From a virus (taxonomy: Duplodnaviria; Caudoviricetes): a stretch of 55,693 bases of DNA. The position numbers were made by a program, and so were the translations under genes. Below the pieces are notes generated by a model. It was given only the letters and a program-made list of their open reading frames with translations. It did no database searches and was not told the DNA's origin. The stretch is taken from positions 1 to 55,693 of the IMG/VR virus record IMGVR_UViG_3300030109_001698; one strand, written 5' to 3'. Position 1 is the stretch's first letter, and every line of letters begins with the position of its first letter. This document shows, one piece after another, positions 16,291 to 27,600 of this stretch.

Positions 16291-18690
16291 ATGAGGGAGT
16301 TTCCAAGTCAAATAGTAAGCGATTTAGAAAAGTTAAGTTACGAATATGGGCTTAAGGTAGCACAGGCTATTGAAGCAGAGTGGTTTGATAAAGACAACTT
16401 TTCAAATAGATATATTTATAATAGACAAAATTTTCATAACTTAAGATTATACGCTAGAGGAGAGCAGTCAATACAAAAATATAAAGACGAGCTATCTATC
16501 AATGGTGATTTATCATATCTTAATTTAGATTGGAAGCCCGTGCCAATAATCCCAAAGTTTGTAGATATAGTTGTAAATGGTATGGCTAATAGAGCTTACG
16601 ACATTAAAGCGTTTTCACAAGATCCTTATGGTATTGGTAAAAGAACAGAATATCTAAACGCTGTACTAGAGGACATGAGAAGTAAAGAGTTAAAAAACTT
16701 TATTAAAGAAAACTTTGGTATGGATTTGTTTAAAAACAATCCTGATTTATTACCCGAAACTCAAGAAGAATTAGACTTACACATGCAGCTTAGTTATAAA
16801 CAAGCTGTAGAAATAGCAGAAGAACAAGCTATAAACACCTTATTTGAGGCTAATAAATATGAACTTACCAAAAAAAGATTTTATTACGATTTAACTGTTT
16901 TAGGCATTGGTGCTGTAAAAACATCTTTTAATCCATCTGAAGGTGTTAAAGTAGAATATGTTGATCCAGCTAATTTAATTTATTCTCATACTGAATCACC
17001 TTATTTTGACGACGTGTACTATGTAGGTGAAGTGAAAAGTATACCTATAAACGAGTTAACTAAAGAGTTTCCACATTTAAAGAGTAGCGATTTAGAAGAA
17101 GTCGCGAAATATAACAATCAATACTCTGGTAGATATAACGCTTCTTCTAATAGAAATAGAAACACAGACAACAATAAAGTGCAAGTTTTGTATTTTAATT
17201 ATAAGACTTTCATGAATGAAGTTTATAAATTTAAACAAACTGGTACTGGCGCTGAGAAAGCTATAGCAAAAGATGATTCTTTTAACCCACCAAAAGATAC
17301 CGAAAACTTTAGCAAGCAATCAAGGTCTGTAGAATGTTTGTATGACGGAGCGTTGATACTAGGTACAGACAAACTAATAAAATGGGAAATGTCTAAAAAC
17401 ATGATGCGTAGTAAAAGTAATTTTAACAAGGTTAAAATGAATTACGCTATATGTGCACCACGTATGTACGAAGGACGTATTGAATCACTTGTAAGTAGAA
17501 TAACTGGTTTTGCTGATATGATTCAATTAACACACTTAAAAATACAACAAGTAATGTCAAGAATAACACCCGATGGTGTTTATTTAGACGCTGATGGGTT
17601 AGCTGAAATAGACTTAGGAAATGGAACGAATTATAACCCACAAGAAGCTTTAAACATGTTTTTTCAAACAGGTAGTATTATAGGTAGATCTTTTACAAGC
17701 GAAGGAGATATGAATCCTGGCAAAGTACCTATACAAGAAATACAGAGTAGCAACGGTGGTGCTAAATTACAGTCTTTAATAGGTAACTATAATTATTACT
17801 TACAGATGATTAGAGACACCACCGGTTTAAACGAAGCAAGAGATGCTGCTCAACCAGACCCAAAAGCATTAGTAGGAGTGCAAAAAATGGCTGCCGCTAA
17901 TTCTAATACCGCGACAAGACATATATTACAAGGTGGTTTATTTTTAACTAAAGAGATAGCAGAAGGATTGTCACTTAGAATATCTGATATTATAGAGTAT
18001 TCTCCTACTGCAGACGCTTTTGTGTCTGCGTTAGGTTATCACAACGTTGCAACCTTGTCCGAGATGTCAGAGCTTCACATGTATGATTTTGGTATATTCT
18101 TAGAGTTGTCACCTGACGAAGAAGAAAAAGCTATGCTTGAAAATAACATTCAAGTAGCTATAGCACAACAAAACATAGAACTAGAAGACGCTATTGATTT
18201 AAGAGAACTTAAAAATATAAAATTAGCAAATCAGTTGTTGAAAATAAGAAGAAGAAAAAAGTTACAAAGAGATCAAGAAATACAACAACAAAATATGCAG
18301 GCTCAAGCACAAGCAAACATGCAAGCTCAACAAGCAGCTGCTCAATCTGAAATGCAAAAACAACAAATGTTAACACAAACTTCTATGGCTTTAGAACAGA
18401 ATAAGAGCAACTTAGAAATACAAAAATTACAAACTGAAGCTCAAATTAAAAAGCAATTAATGGAACTAGAGTTTCAGTTTAATATGCAGTTAAAAGGTAT
18501 AGAAACTGAAGGTATAAAAACAAGAGAAAAAGAAAAAGAAGATCGTAAAGACGAAAGAACAAAAATACAAGCGACTCAACAAAGCGAGCTTATTGAACAA
18601 AGACAAAACGAGTTACCATCTAAAAGTTTTGAATCTTCAGGAAACGATATATTAGATGGTATAGATTTATCTATGTTTGGTCCTAGATAA
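16291..18690 (+). CDS. Portal protein
   Basis: Follows terL; VPIIPKFVDIVVNG, TGLNEARD, Gln-rich C-terminal coiled coil. Confidence 0.88.
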   Translation: MREFPSQIVSDLEKLSYEYGLKVAQAIEAEWFDKDNFSNRYIYNRQNFHNLRLYARGEQSIQKYKDELSINGDLSYLNLDWKPVPIIPKFVDIVVNGMANRAYDIKAFSQDPYGIGKRTEYLNAVLEDMRSKELKNFIKENFGMDLFKNNPDLLPETQEELDLHMQLSYKQAVEIAEEQAINTLFEANKYELTKKRFYYDLTVLGIGAVKTSFNPSEGVKVEYVDPANLIYSHTESPYFDDVYYVGEVKSIPINELTKEFPHLKSSDLEEVAKYNNQYSGRYNASSNRNRNTDNNKVQVLYFNYKTFMNEVYKFKQTGTGAEKAIAKDDSFNPPKDTENFSKQSRSVECLYDGALILGTDKLIKWEMSKNMMRSKSNFNKVKMNYAICAPRMYEGRIESLVSRITGFADMIQLTHLKIQQVMSRITPDGVYLDADGLAEIDLGNGTNYNPQEALNMFFQTGSIIGRSFTSEGDMNPGKVPIQEIQSSNGGAKLQSLIGNYNYYLQMIRDTTGLNEARDAAQPDPKALVGVQKMAAANSNTATRHILQGGLFLTKEIAEGLSLRISDIIEYSPTADAFVSALGYHNVATLSEMSELHMYDFGIFLELSPDEEEKAMLENNIQVAIAQQNIELEDAIDLRELKNIKLANQLLKIRRRKKLQRDQEIQQQNMQAQAQANMQAQQAAAQSEMQKQQMLTQTSMALEQNKSNLEIQKLQTEAQIKKQLMELEFQFNMQLKGIETEGIKTREKEKEDRKDERTKIQATQQSELIEQRQNELPSKSFESSGNDILDGIDLSMFGPR

Positions 18691-18724
18691 CAAAACAATT
18701 TTATTAATTATATAATATTTTATT

Positions 18725-19948
18725 ATGGCAAAAAAGAAAAAAGAAGAGGTGATTGAAAATGCACCCGAAAAACCAATTGTAGACGATAAAGTCGAAAAAA
18801 TTCAAATTAAAAAGAAACCTAAAAAATTTACACCTGAACCAGATGTAATAAAAGTTGATTTATCAAATGATAAAAAAGAAGCAAAGGAAGATGTTGTAAA
18901 AGTTGATTTATCAAATGATAAAAAAGAAGAAGTAATTGAGGTGGTTGAAGAAGCACCCGTGGTAGAAACAAATACAGAAAACACGGAACAACAAGACATA
19001 CCGGTATTAGAAGAAATAACAAGTGAAGAAACAACGCAAGAAGCTTCTGAAATAGCAGAGGTTACTGAACAGGCAATAGTTGAATCTATAGAAACAGGCA
19101 AAGAGTTACCTGAAAACATTCAAAAACTTGTTGACTTTATGGATGACACTGGTGGAGATTTAAATGATTATGTTAATCTAAACAAGAATTATGAAGATTT
19201 AGATAATGATCAATTACTTAGAGAATACTATAAACAAACAAAGCCACATTTATCTGCAGATGAAATAGAGTTTGTAATGGAAGATAACTTTTCTTATGAT
19301 GCAGATGTAGATGAGGATAAAGAAATTAAAAGAAAAAAATTAGCGTTAAAAGAGCAAGTTGCCAGCGCTAAAAGCCACTTGGACGGGCTAAAGTCCAAAT
19401 ATTACGAAGATATTAAAGCGGGAAGCAAGCTTACACAAGAACAGCAAGAAGCTATTAATTTCTTCAATCGTTACAACGAGGAGTCAGAACAATCTAACAT
19501 GGTTATGCAAGAACAAGCTAATACTTTTGTTAAAAAAACAGACCAAGTTTTCAACGAAAAATTCAAAGGTTTTGAATATAAAGTTGGAGATAAAAGGTTT
19601 AGATTTAACGTAAAAGATCCAAAAACTGTAAAAGAAACCCAGAGCGACATAAATAATTTTATCAAGAAGTTCTTGAACAAAGAAAATTTAATGGAAGATG
19701 CTGGTGCTTATCACAAATCTTTATTTACAGCTATGAATCCCGATCAAATTGCAAATCATTTTTACGAGCAAGGTAAAGCGGATGCGTTGAAAGAAAGTAT
19801 AGCTAAGTCTAAAAACGTTAGTATGGAACCTAGAAAATCACACATTGACAACGTTAATACTAGCGGTTTAAGAGTTCGTGCTTTAAATGATGATGGTCCT
19901 GATTTCAAATTTCAAATTAAAAACAAAAATAACAAATTTAAAAATTAA
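18725..19948 (+). CDS. Putative capsid scaffolding protein
   Basis: Highly acidic and helical, between portal and capsid. Confidence 0.7.
   Translation: MAKKKKEEVIENAPEKPIVDDKVEKIQIKKKPKKFTPEPDVIKVDLSNDKKEAKEDVVKVDLSNDKKEEVIEVVEEAPVVETNTENTEQQDIPVLEEITSEETTQEASEIAEVTEQAIVESIETGKELPENIQKLVDFMDDTGGDLNDYVNLNKNYEDLDNDQLLREYYKQTKPHLSADEIEFVMEDNFSYDADVDEDKEIKRKKLALKEQVASAKSHLDGLKSKYYEDIKAGSKLTQEQQEAINFFNRYNEESEQSNMVMQEQANTFVKKTDQVFNEKFKGFEYKVGDKRFRFNVKDPKTVKETQSDINNFIKKFLNKENLMEDAGAYHKSLFTAMNPDQIANHFYEQGKADALKESIAKSKNVSMEPRKSHIDNVNTSGLRVRALNDDGPDFKFQIKNKNNKFKN
18842..18929 (+). repeat. In-frame direct repeat, ~40 bp x2, period 48
   Basis: DVIKVDLSNDKKE / DVVKVDLSNDKKE. Confidence 0.9.
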
Positions 19949-19953
19949 AAATT

Positions 19954-21453
19954 ATGGCAATTACAGCAGGAGGTAGTTTGAATACTGTTCCTTCTTCACA
20001 GAAGCAAACACTATCAACAAACTACTTAGATTTTACAGGTACTACTGACAATACTTTTGCGCAGCAGTACTTACCAGATCTTATGGAGAAAGAAGCTGAG
20101 ATATTTGGTCCTAGAACCGTATCTGGTTTTCTTTCACAAGTAGGAGCTGAGGAGCCTATGAGCTCAGACCAAGTTGTTTGGTCAGAACAATCAAGATTAC
20201 ACATTTCAGTAAAAGGTACAGTAGCAACGGCGGGAGATACAAATGGTACTTTTACAGTTACTAGTGATATTGATGGAAACAACGCTTCATCTACACCAGC
20301 GTTTACACTAGCTAATCACGGTGTTAGAGTTAATGATATTGTACTTATCGCAAGTGCTGGTATCGTTACAAAGTGTAAAGTTGTTGAAGCTGCTTTAGCA
20401 AAAATTGAAGTAGAACCTTATGACAAAGCTGATTTAACTGGTCACGCTACAACGGCTGGTGGATCTACTTTATTAGTTGTAGGTTCTGAATACGGAAAAG
20501 GTACTAAGTACTACTCTAATTCAGACGGTTCTACTGAAAGTGATTCAAGAGGTGCTAACGAGCCAACTTTCAAGTCTTTTAGCAATAAACCAATTATAAT
20601 GAAAGATTACTACGAAGTATCAGGTTCTGATACAGCTAGAATCGGTTGGGTAGAAGTTGCTGCTGAAGACGGAACAGCTGGTTACTTATGGTACTTAAAA
20701 GCAGAAGCTGAAACAAGATTACGTTTCGCTGATTACATGGAAATGGCAATGATTGAAGCTGAGAAAACTCATGCTGATTCTGTTATTGGTATTTCTCACG
20801 GTTCTACTGATTTAGGAGCTGGAGGAGCTGGTACAGAAGGTTTATTCAAAGCTATCACAACTAGAGGTAATGTTACTTCTGGTATTACTGGGGTTAACGC
20901 AGCTACTGATTTAGCTGAGTTCGATGCTATTTTAGCTGAGTTTGACTCTCAAGGAGCTATTGAAGAAAACATGATGTTTGTAAACAGGGCTACATCTCTA
21001 GCTATGGATGACATGTTAGCTTCTATGAACTCTTACGGAGCTGGTGGTACTTCTTATGGAGTATTCCAAAACTCAGAGGACATGGCACTTAACTTAGGTT
21101 TCTCTGGATTTAGAAGAGGTTCTTATGACTTCTACAAGTCTGACTGGAGATACTTAAATGACAAAGCTACTAGAGGAGGTATTAATGCAGCTGCTACATC
21201 TGCCGCTGTTAGAGGGGTTATTATCCCAGCTGGTACTTCTACAGTTTATGATCAAATGTTAGGTAAAAACCTTAAGCGTCCATTCTTACACGTTAGATTT
21301 AGAGCTTCACAAACAGATAACAGATACTTCAAAACTTGGGTTACTGGTTCTGTTGGTGCTGCTACGTCTGCGTTAGATGCGATGCAAATACACATGTTAA
21401 CTGAAAGATGTTTAGTTACTCAAGGTGCTAACAACTTTATGTTAATGCAGTAA
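19954..21453 (+). CDS. Major capsid protein
   Basis: Position after scaffold, strong codon bias, followed by terminator, 499 aa. Confidence 0.85.
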   Translation: MAITAGGSLNTVPSSQKQTLSTNYLDFTGTTDNTFAQQYLPDLMEKEAEIFGPRTVSGFLSQVGAEEPMSSDQVVWSEQSRLHISVKGTVATAGDTNGTFTVTSDIDGNNASSTPAFTLANHGVRVNDIVLIASAGIVTKCKVVEAALAKIEVEPYDKADLTGHATTAGGSTLLVVGSEYGKGTKYYSNSDGSTESDSRGANEPTFKSFSNKPIIMKDYYEVSGSDTARIGWVEVAAEDGTAGYLWYLKAEAETRLRFADYMEMAMIEAEKTHADSVIGISHGSTDLGAGGAGTEGLFKAITTRGNVTSGITGVNAATDLAEFDAILAEFDSQGAIEENMMFVNRATSLAMDDMLASMNSYGAGGTSYGVFQNSEDMALNLGFSGFRRGSYDFYKSDWRYLNDKATRGGINAAATSAAVRGVIIPAGTSTVYDQMLGKNLKRPFLHVRFRASQTDNRYFKTWVTGSVGAATSALDAMQIHMLTERCLVTQGANNFMLMQ

Positions 21454-21468
21454 GCAATTTTTAAAAGA

Positions 21469-21500
21469 CCGGGGCTTCGGCCTCGGCCTTTTATTTTATT
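21469..21500 (+). terminator. Intrinsic terminator after the capsid gene
   Basis: CCGGGGC-TTCG-GCCTCGG followed by a T-rich tract. Confidence 0.85.
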
Positions 21501-21521
21501 AATTTTATTATATATTATATT

Positions 21522-22337
21522 ATGGCAAAGAAAAAAGAAACAAAAGAAATTATAGAAACAACTGAAGAAGTTGTACTAGAAAAACCAAAACCAGTTGAAA
21601 CACCAAAGAAAAATGTTTGGGAGGTAAAAGATAGAGTTTATTATTTAAAAGGAAAAGATAAACCTTTATCTAAATCAATAAAATCTGCTGGTATATACTG
21701 GTTTGATGAAAAAGAAGGATACGAAAGAGAATTAAAATACTGTGAAAATCAAAAAACTTGTTTTGTTGATGAAATGAAAGGAGATCAAAGACTTTCTCAT
21801 ATAGTATTTAGAAACGGAGCTTTACACGTTCCAAGACAAAAACAGACGTTACAAAAACTACTTTCTTTATACCATCCATTGAAAGATGTTGCTTTTTATG
21901 AGTGGCAACCTGTTGTTGAAGCTGAATCACAATTAGATTGGTTAGAGTTTGAAGTTGATGCTTTAAACGCTGCTAGAAATCTAGACATAGATATGGCTGA
22001 AGCTGTTTTAAGAGTAGAGTATGGTTCTGCGGTTACAGAGATGAGTTCTAAGGAACTTAAACGTGATTTGTTACTATATGCTAGAAACAATCCTAAATTG
22101 TTCTTAGAATTAGTTACAGATGAAAACGTAATGCTTAGAAACTTTGGTATTAGAGCTACTGAAGGTGGAATTATTAAGTTATCTCAAGATCAAAGAACGT
22201 TTGTGTGGGGATCTAACGATAGAAAACTAATGACAGTTCCATTTGATGAGCACCCATATTCAGCCTTAGCTGCTTGGTTTAAAACCGACGAAGGTATGGA
22301 AGTATACAAAAGTATAGAAAAAAGATTAAAAGATTAA
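21522..22337 (+). CDS. Structural-module protein (271 aa)
   Basis: Between capsid and tail-adaptor genes. Confidence 0.8.
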   Translation: MAKKKETKEIIETTEEVVLEKPKPVETPKKNVWEVKDRVYYLKGKDKPLSKSIKSAGIYWFDEKEGYERELKYCENQKTCFVDEMKGDQRLSHIVFRNGALHVPRQKQTLQKLLSLYHPLKDVAFYEWQPVVEAESQLDWLEFEVDALNAARNLDIDMAEAVLRVEYGSAVTEMSSKELKRDLLLYARNNPKLFLELVTDENVMLRNFGIRATEGGIIKLSQDQRTFVWGSNDRKLMTVPFDEHPYSALAAWFKTDEGMEVYKSIEKRLKD

Positions 22338-22343
22338 TCAAAC

Positions 22344-22382
22344 TGTAGTGGTAGTCGCCCTACGGGGCGATTACAAACTACA
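22344..22382 (+). other. Long intergenic stem-loop with cUACGg tetraloop
   Basis: TGTAGT-g-GTAGTCGCCC-TACG-GGGCGATTAC-aa-ACTACA. Confidence 0.8.
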
Positions 22383-22396
22383 AATTAAAAAAAATT

Positions 22397-23176
22397 ATGG
22401 TAAACGTAGATAGAGTGTATCAAAGAGTTTTGGCGTTAGCCAATAAAGAACAAAGGGGATATATAACTCCTCAAGAATTTAATTTACTAGCTAATCACGC
22501 TCAAATGGATATATTTGAACAATACTTTTATGATTTAAATCAATTTAGAAGATTACCCGGTAATGACACTGTACATTCTGATATGGTTACAATATTAGAA
22601 GAAAAAATATCACAATTTCACGAAGCAAGAGGAAGTAATTTTATGAGTCAGTTAGTTCCTAACGGACCTGGTTTTGAACTTCCAGATAATCTTTATAGAG
22701 TAGAACAAATTAGAATAAGAGGTACAGAGTGTGAAAGATTAAATGTTAAAGACTATAATAACGTTAGACAGTCTCCTTTAACAAGACCATCAACAACTAG
22801 ACCAGTGTACGTAATAAGAGGTCGTAATATTTTAATTTTAAACAACGGCACACTTAGATCTGACAACGCAAACCTAACTGGTAGTGATTCAGTTGACATA
22901 GCTGAAACTGACGATAATGGAGACATAGTAAATTCTACCAACATGATTATGATAAGAAGACCTAATTTAGTTAACTGGACATTTGTAATGGTTAACGGGT
23001 CTGCAATGGCAAATCCTCAAGCTGCTGATTATAATGATTTTGAATTACATGCTTCTGAAGAAACTGATTTAGTTATAAAAATATTAACCTTAGCTGGTAT
23101 TACAATAAAAGATCCTGGCTTATATCAAATAGGCGTAGGAGAAGACAATAAAAATATTCAACAAGAAAAATCATAA
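22397..23176 (+). CDS. Putative head-tail adaptor or tail ring protein
   Basis: NKEQRGYITPQEFN start; position in the structural operon. Confidence 0.65.
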   Translation: MVNVDRVYQRVLALANKEQRGYITPQEFNLLANHAQMDIFEQYFYDLNQFRRLPGNDTVHSDMVTILEEKISQFHEARGSNFMSQLVPNGPGFELPDNLYRVEQIRIRGTECERLNVKDYNNVRQSPLTRPSTTRPVYVIRGRNILILNNGTLRSDNANLTGSDSVDIAETDDNGDIVNSTNMIMIRRPNLVNWTFVMVNGSAMANPQAADYNDFELHASEETDLVIKILTLAGITIKDPGLYQIGVGEDNKNIQQEKS

Positions 23177-23180
23177 ATAA

Positions 23181-24677
23181 ATGGGATTATTAGATAACAC
23201 TACTCAAAGAGATTATTATCAAGGTTCAGAACAAGGTAATTATCAATTTGTTTCACTACAAGATATTATAAACCAATTTATGATAGTTTATGTTGGTGAA
23301 GAAAAAATTATAAGTAAAGCAAAAAGAACCGATGTTGCTTTTCATGCTCAAAGAGCTTTAGCGGAATTATCTTTTGATACATTTAAATCTTTCAAGTCTC
23401 AAGAAATAGTACTGCCACCCTCATTAACAATGATGTTGCCTCATGATTATGTAAATTACACCAAATTATCTTGGTCTGACGATGCTGGTGTAAAGCGTAT
23501 AATATATCCAACTTCTTTAACATCAAATCCTTTTAAAATACAACAACACGACGACGGTAGGTACGATTTTTCAATACCAACCACCGCTTTAATTACCAAC
23601 GGTGATTTTAGTGAGTCCTTTGGACAAACTGGAGGTTGGTCATCTTCGCCGCATCATGGAAGTTCATTTGGTTCTGCTTTGGGAGTTACAAATGGACAAT
23701 ACGAGTGGACGCATACTACTCAAGCTTTAAACGGAGTGTATTCTGGTAGGCACTTTGCAATATGGCAAGAAATAGACGTTTCTGAAATAGATACGATTAC
23801 AATAACCGCTAAAGGTTTGTCTTCTGCTGCTAGTACAGGTAAAAACGCTGGTGTAGTTAGAATTGGTTTGTCTAACTTTATAGATTTTAACCAGACATCA
23901 GGAACAAGTGGTTACGATCCAAATAGAACAAATCCAAATTTACCAACTAACCCTTCAAGAAACTTAGACCCTCTTGTTTTTGATTTACAAACCACAGCCG
24001 GTTTACCTAGTTATATAGAATTTAACGATGGCTCTGGATCATTATCTGCAGACGCAACTTTAGAAGATGTAGATGTTAGTGGGTTAAATACTGTTTATTT
24101 ACTAGTTGTAAGTGATGGTGGTCAAACAACAAGTTCTGCTTCTAACGGTACTAATGCTATTGATGATATAGTACTAACTTATGATGATATATCGTTTAAA
24201 TTACAAACCACCGGAGATTCTACAACATGGACTAATTTTAAAAGCCACTCTGCTCAAGATTTAAAAACTGATGATTATGAGTATGATGACGATATATTTA
24301 ACACTTATGAAGGTCAGCGTTATGGTATAGATCCCGCTCACGCTCAAGCTAATGGATCTTTTTATATAGATAATTTAAAAGGTTTAATTCATTTTAGTTC
24401 TAATATTTCTGGAAAAACTGTAATATTAGATTATATAAGTGATGGTCTTGGCACTAACGAAGAAATGAAGGTTCATAAATTTGCAGAAGAAGCAATGTAT
24501 AAGTATATAGCACACGCTGTGTTATCTACTAAATCTAACACACAAGAATATTTAGTGCAAAGATTTAAAAAAGAAAAATTTGCAGCCGTAAGAAACGCTA
24601 AGTTAAGATTATCAAACTTTAAATTAGAAGAATTAACTAGAATATTACGAGGTAAATCTAAACATATAAAACATTAA
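23181..24677 (+). CDS. Putative tail tubular/ring protein with inserted CBM-like domain
   Basis: LPHDYVNYTKL core; insert ITNGDFS...IWQEIDV...IDDIVL. Confidence 0.65.
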   Translation: MGLLDNTTQRDYYQGSEQGNYQFVSLQDIINQFMIVYVGEEKIISKAKRTDVAFHAQRALAELSFDTFKSFKSQEIVLPPSLTMMLPHDYVNYTKLSWSDDAGVKRIIYPTSLTSNPFKIQQHDDGRYDFSIPTTALITNGDFSESFGQTGGWSSSPHHGSSFGSALGVTNGQYEWTHTTQALNGVYSGRHFAIWQEIDVSEIDTITITAKGLSSAASTGKNAGVVRIGLSNFIDFNQTSGTSGYDPNRTNPNLPTNPSRNLDPLVFDLQTTAGLPSYIEFNDGSGSLSADATLEDVDVSGLNTVYLLVVSDGGQTTSSASNGTNAIDDIVLTYDDISFKLQTTGDSTTWTNFKSHSAQDLKTDDYEYDDDIFNTYEGQRYGIDPAHAQANGSFYIDNLKGLIHFSSNISGKTVILDYISDGLGTNEEMKVHKFAEEAMYKYIAHAVLSTKSNTQEYLVQRFKKEKFAAVRNAKLRLSNFKLEELTRILRGKSKHIKH

Positions 24678-24680
24678 TAG

Positions 24681-27600
24681 ATGGCTGAAATAAAAAACAC
24701 GTTTTCTCAAGGTAAAATGAATAAAGACCTTGACGAGAGACTTGTACCCAATGGACAATATAGGGATGCGATGAACATACAGGTTTCCACATCAGAACAA
24801 TCAGAGGTGGGAGCAGCACAAAATATATTGGGTAATATTAGAGTTGAAAATGAAATAGATAATACTTTTGTAAATCCTAGCTGTATTGGAAGTATTGCTG
24901 ATGAAAAAAACGATGTTTTATATTGGTTTATTTTTAGTGACAATAAAGATATTATACTTGAGTATAAACTAGACGGCACTACAACTCCGGTATTTGTAGA
25001 TACAAATAAAAATGTTTTAAATTTTTCTGCAAATAATTTAATAACAGGTATAAATATAGTAGACGATATTTTAATGTGGACAGACAATGAATCTGAACCA
25101 AAAAAAATAAACATAAAAAGATCTAAACAAGGAACCGTTAACAACGACACACATACTAAGTTAGTTGTTAATGAAACTATAACTAATGTAGAGGTGGTTG
25201 AAAAACACATTACAGTTATAAAAAAAAGACCTACACTATCACCGATAATTAAAATAAATCCTCCCGCTGGACAAAATGAAATATTAGCTAATTGCGATTT
25301 TACTCAAGGTAGCACCTCTGTAAGTAATACTAATACGGCCGGCCACCCTTTTGATCACGGCGGGGATGGTATAAATTTAGTAGGTACAGGTGATATTTCT
25401 TATGTTAGAATAAATAGAACCGCTAGTGGTTTTGGTCCTAACACTTCAGTTGAAATCATAGGCGAATTAGGAGACGCTCCTGTTCAACCCACAAATCTAA
25501 TAACACCTCCCACAGACTTTACTGGTAGTAATTCTAACATAGGTGAGTTTAATTTAGATCCTACTACGTTAGATAATTTTACTTTTTATAATTACGATGA
25601 TACTGACCCTAGTGGTAACGCTCCTAACGGGGCCGGGCCCGATTTTTTACATGATTCTACGCAGGGGCATCTTGTCTGGGACAAAGTAGACCCATTTACT
25701 TCTCATACAGATAATACTCAAGCCTATTTTAGGTTCAAAATGTTTAGTGATCCTGACAACGGTCCATATAATCATCCAGACGAAAGGTCATACGTTGAAG
25801 GTGATCAAATAACAGTTACTTTTGACTTTAATTTAGATAATCCATCTGGAGATACTAACGACCGTACTATAACTGTTGGTTTATTAGATTACTCAACCGG
25901 CGCTGGTCCTGGACAGGTCCCATTTTTTGGAAACAATTGGATAGAACTAGATAAACATGATTTTGTTATTACGCCTGGATTAACTACTGGTTACACATAT
26001 ACTTTTACAGTACCGTCAACCCACAGCGGCGGTTTAATAAGATTAGCTTTTTACAATGGTGGTAACAATATAATAGGGGAAACCGGTGGAGGTGTTGCTA
26101 CTTGGATGGATAATCTTGTTATACAACATACAGCTGAGTTAGGCCCATTGCCTAGTAACTTTTATACAGCTGGAAACCATATAATAGTTGACAACGCGGT
26201 TAATGCAAACGCTGGCGATTTAGTCACAATGCCTGGTTTTCCACAAGGCACGCACATTTTAACGACGCAAGCATTTGGAAATAATCAAACAAGATTACAT
26301 CTATCAAGTGGTCCAGATCCGGGTTTTTATACTCCAATACCAGAAAATAGTTATACGCAAGGCGCTGCAGGGTCTAATGACGCTTTTTTTACTAATGCTA
26401 ATTTTGCTAATTTTGAATCTACTGCTAGTTATGTCGTAGGAGACGCTTTGTTGCTTAGTCAAGTTAACACACCTGGATCTCTACCCACAAACTTTGAGGT
26501 TAGGTGTACTATAGTAGATATTTTTGATCAAATAGGTACGCCTGGTTTTACAGAGTATCAAGTTGAAGTAGAAAGTATAGATATTAGTGTTCCAAATAAC
26601 GCGGCGGAATTTGATACGCCACCTAATCCAAACGTTCCTGGTTTAGCTTTCAAAACTACAGCAGGTGTATTTATGAATGCTATATCAGAACTTGAAGGTA
26701 GTAGACTTTTTGAAGATAAGTTTGTAAGATTTGCAACTCGATGGAAATATGAAGATGGAGAGTATTCTGCGTTTTCACCTTTTTCAGAAGTTGCTTTTAA
26801 TGCTTCATCTTTTTCTTTTCATCCAACAAAAAATACTTACAACTTAGGAATGCAAAATAACTGCGAGACAATAGATTTATTAAATATTGTTACGCCTGAT
26901 ATACCAGAAGACGTTGTTCAAATAGATATACTTTTTAAAAAAGAAGATTCTACTTCTATTTATTCTTTAGATTCTATAAAACCTAACGATCCTATTCCCA
27001 CAGGAGAAACTAACAACTATTGGAATCAAAACTCCGCTCCTAGTGTAGAAATATACGACTCAAACAATTTAGTCAATAATTTACCTAGTATAAACTCAAT
27101 AAGTTTACCAACCTCTTATATGGGTAAATACATTGTTTCTACAGAAAATATATACGCTGCTTTGCCAGCAAATCAATTTCTTAGACCTTGGGACAATGTT
27201 CCTAAAAAAGCTTTGGCTCAAGAAATAACCGGTAATAGATTGGTTTATGGTAATTATACCCAAGGTTATAATATGGTAGATGTAAACAACAACGTTGTTA
27301 AACCTGAAATAATTACTAGCTATAGACAGAGGTCTTATTTAGATAATGATATTGTTGATTTTTCTAATGGTCAAAAATCTTTAAAAACATTTAGAACTTA
27401 TCAAGTGGGTGTTGTTTACGGAGATGAGTACGGTAGAGAAACACCTGTTTTTACAAGTAGAGACGCTTCTATAAAGATACCTTATGATGCGGATAATACA
27501 CCTGAGTTTAATGGAAATGCAAGTAGATCAATACAGCTTTCTCCAATGTTGGTTGGCACGCAACCCGCTTTTGCTAAATACTACAAGTTTTTTATAAAAC

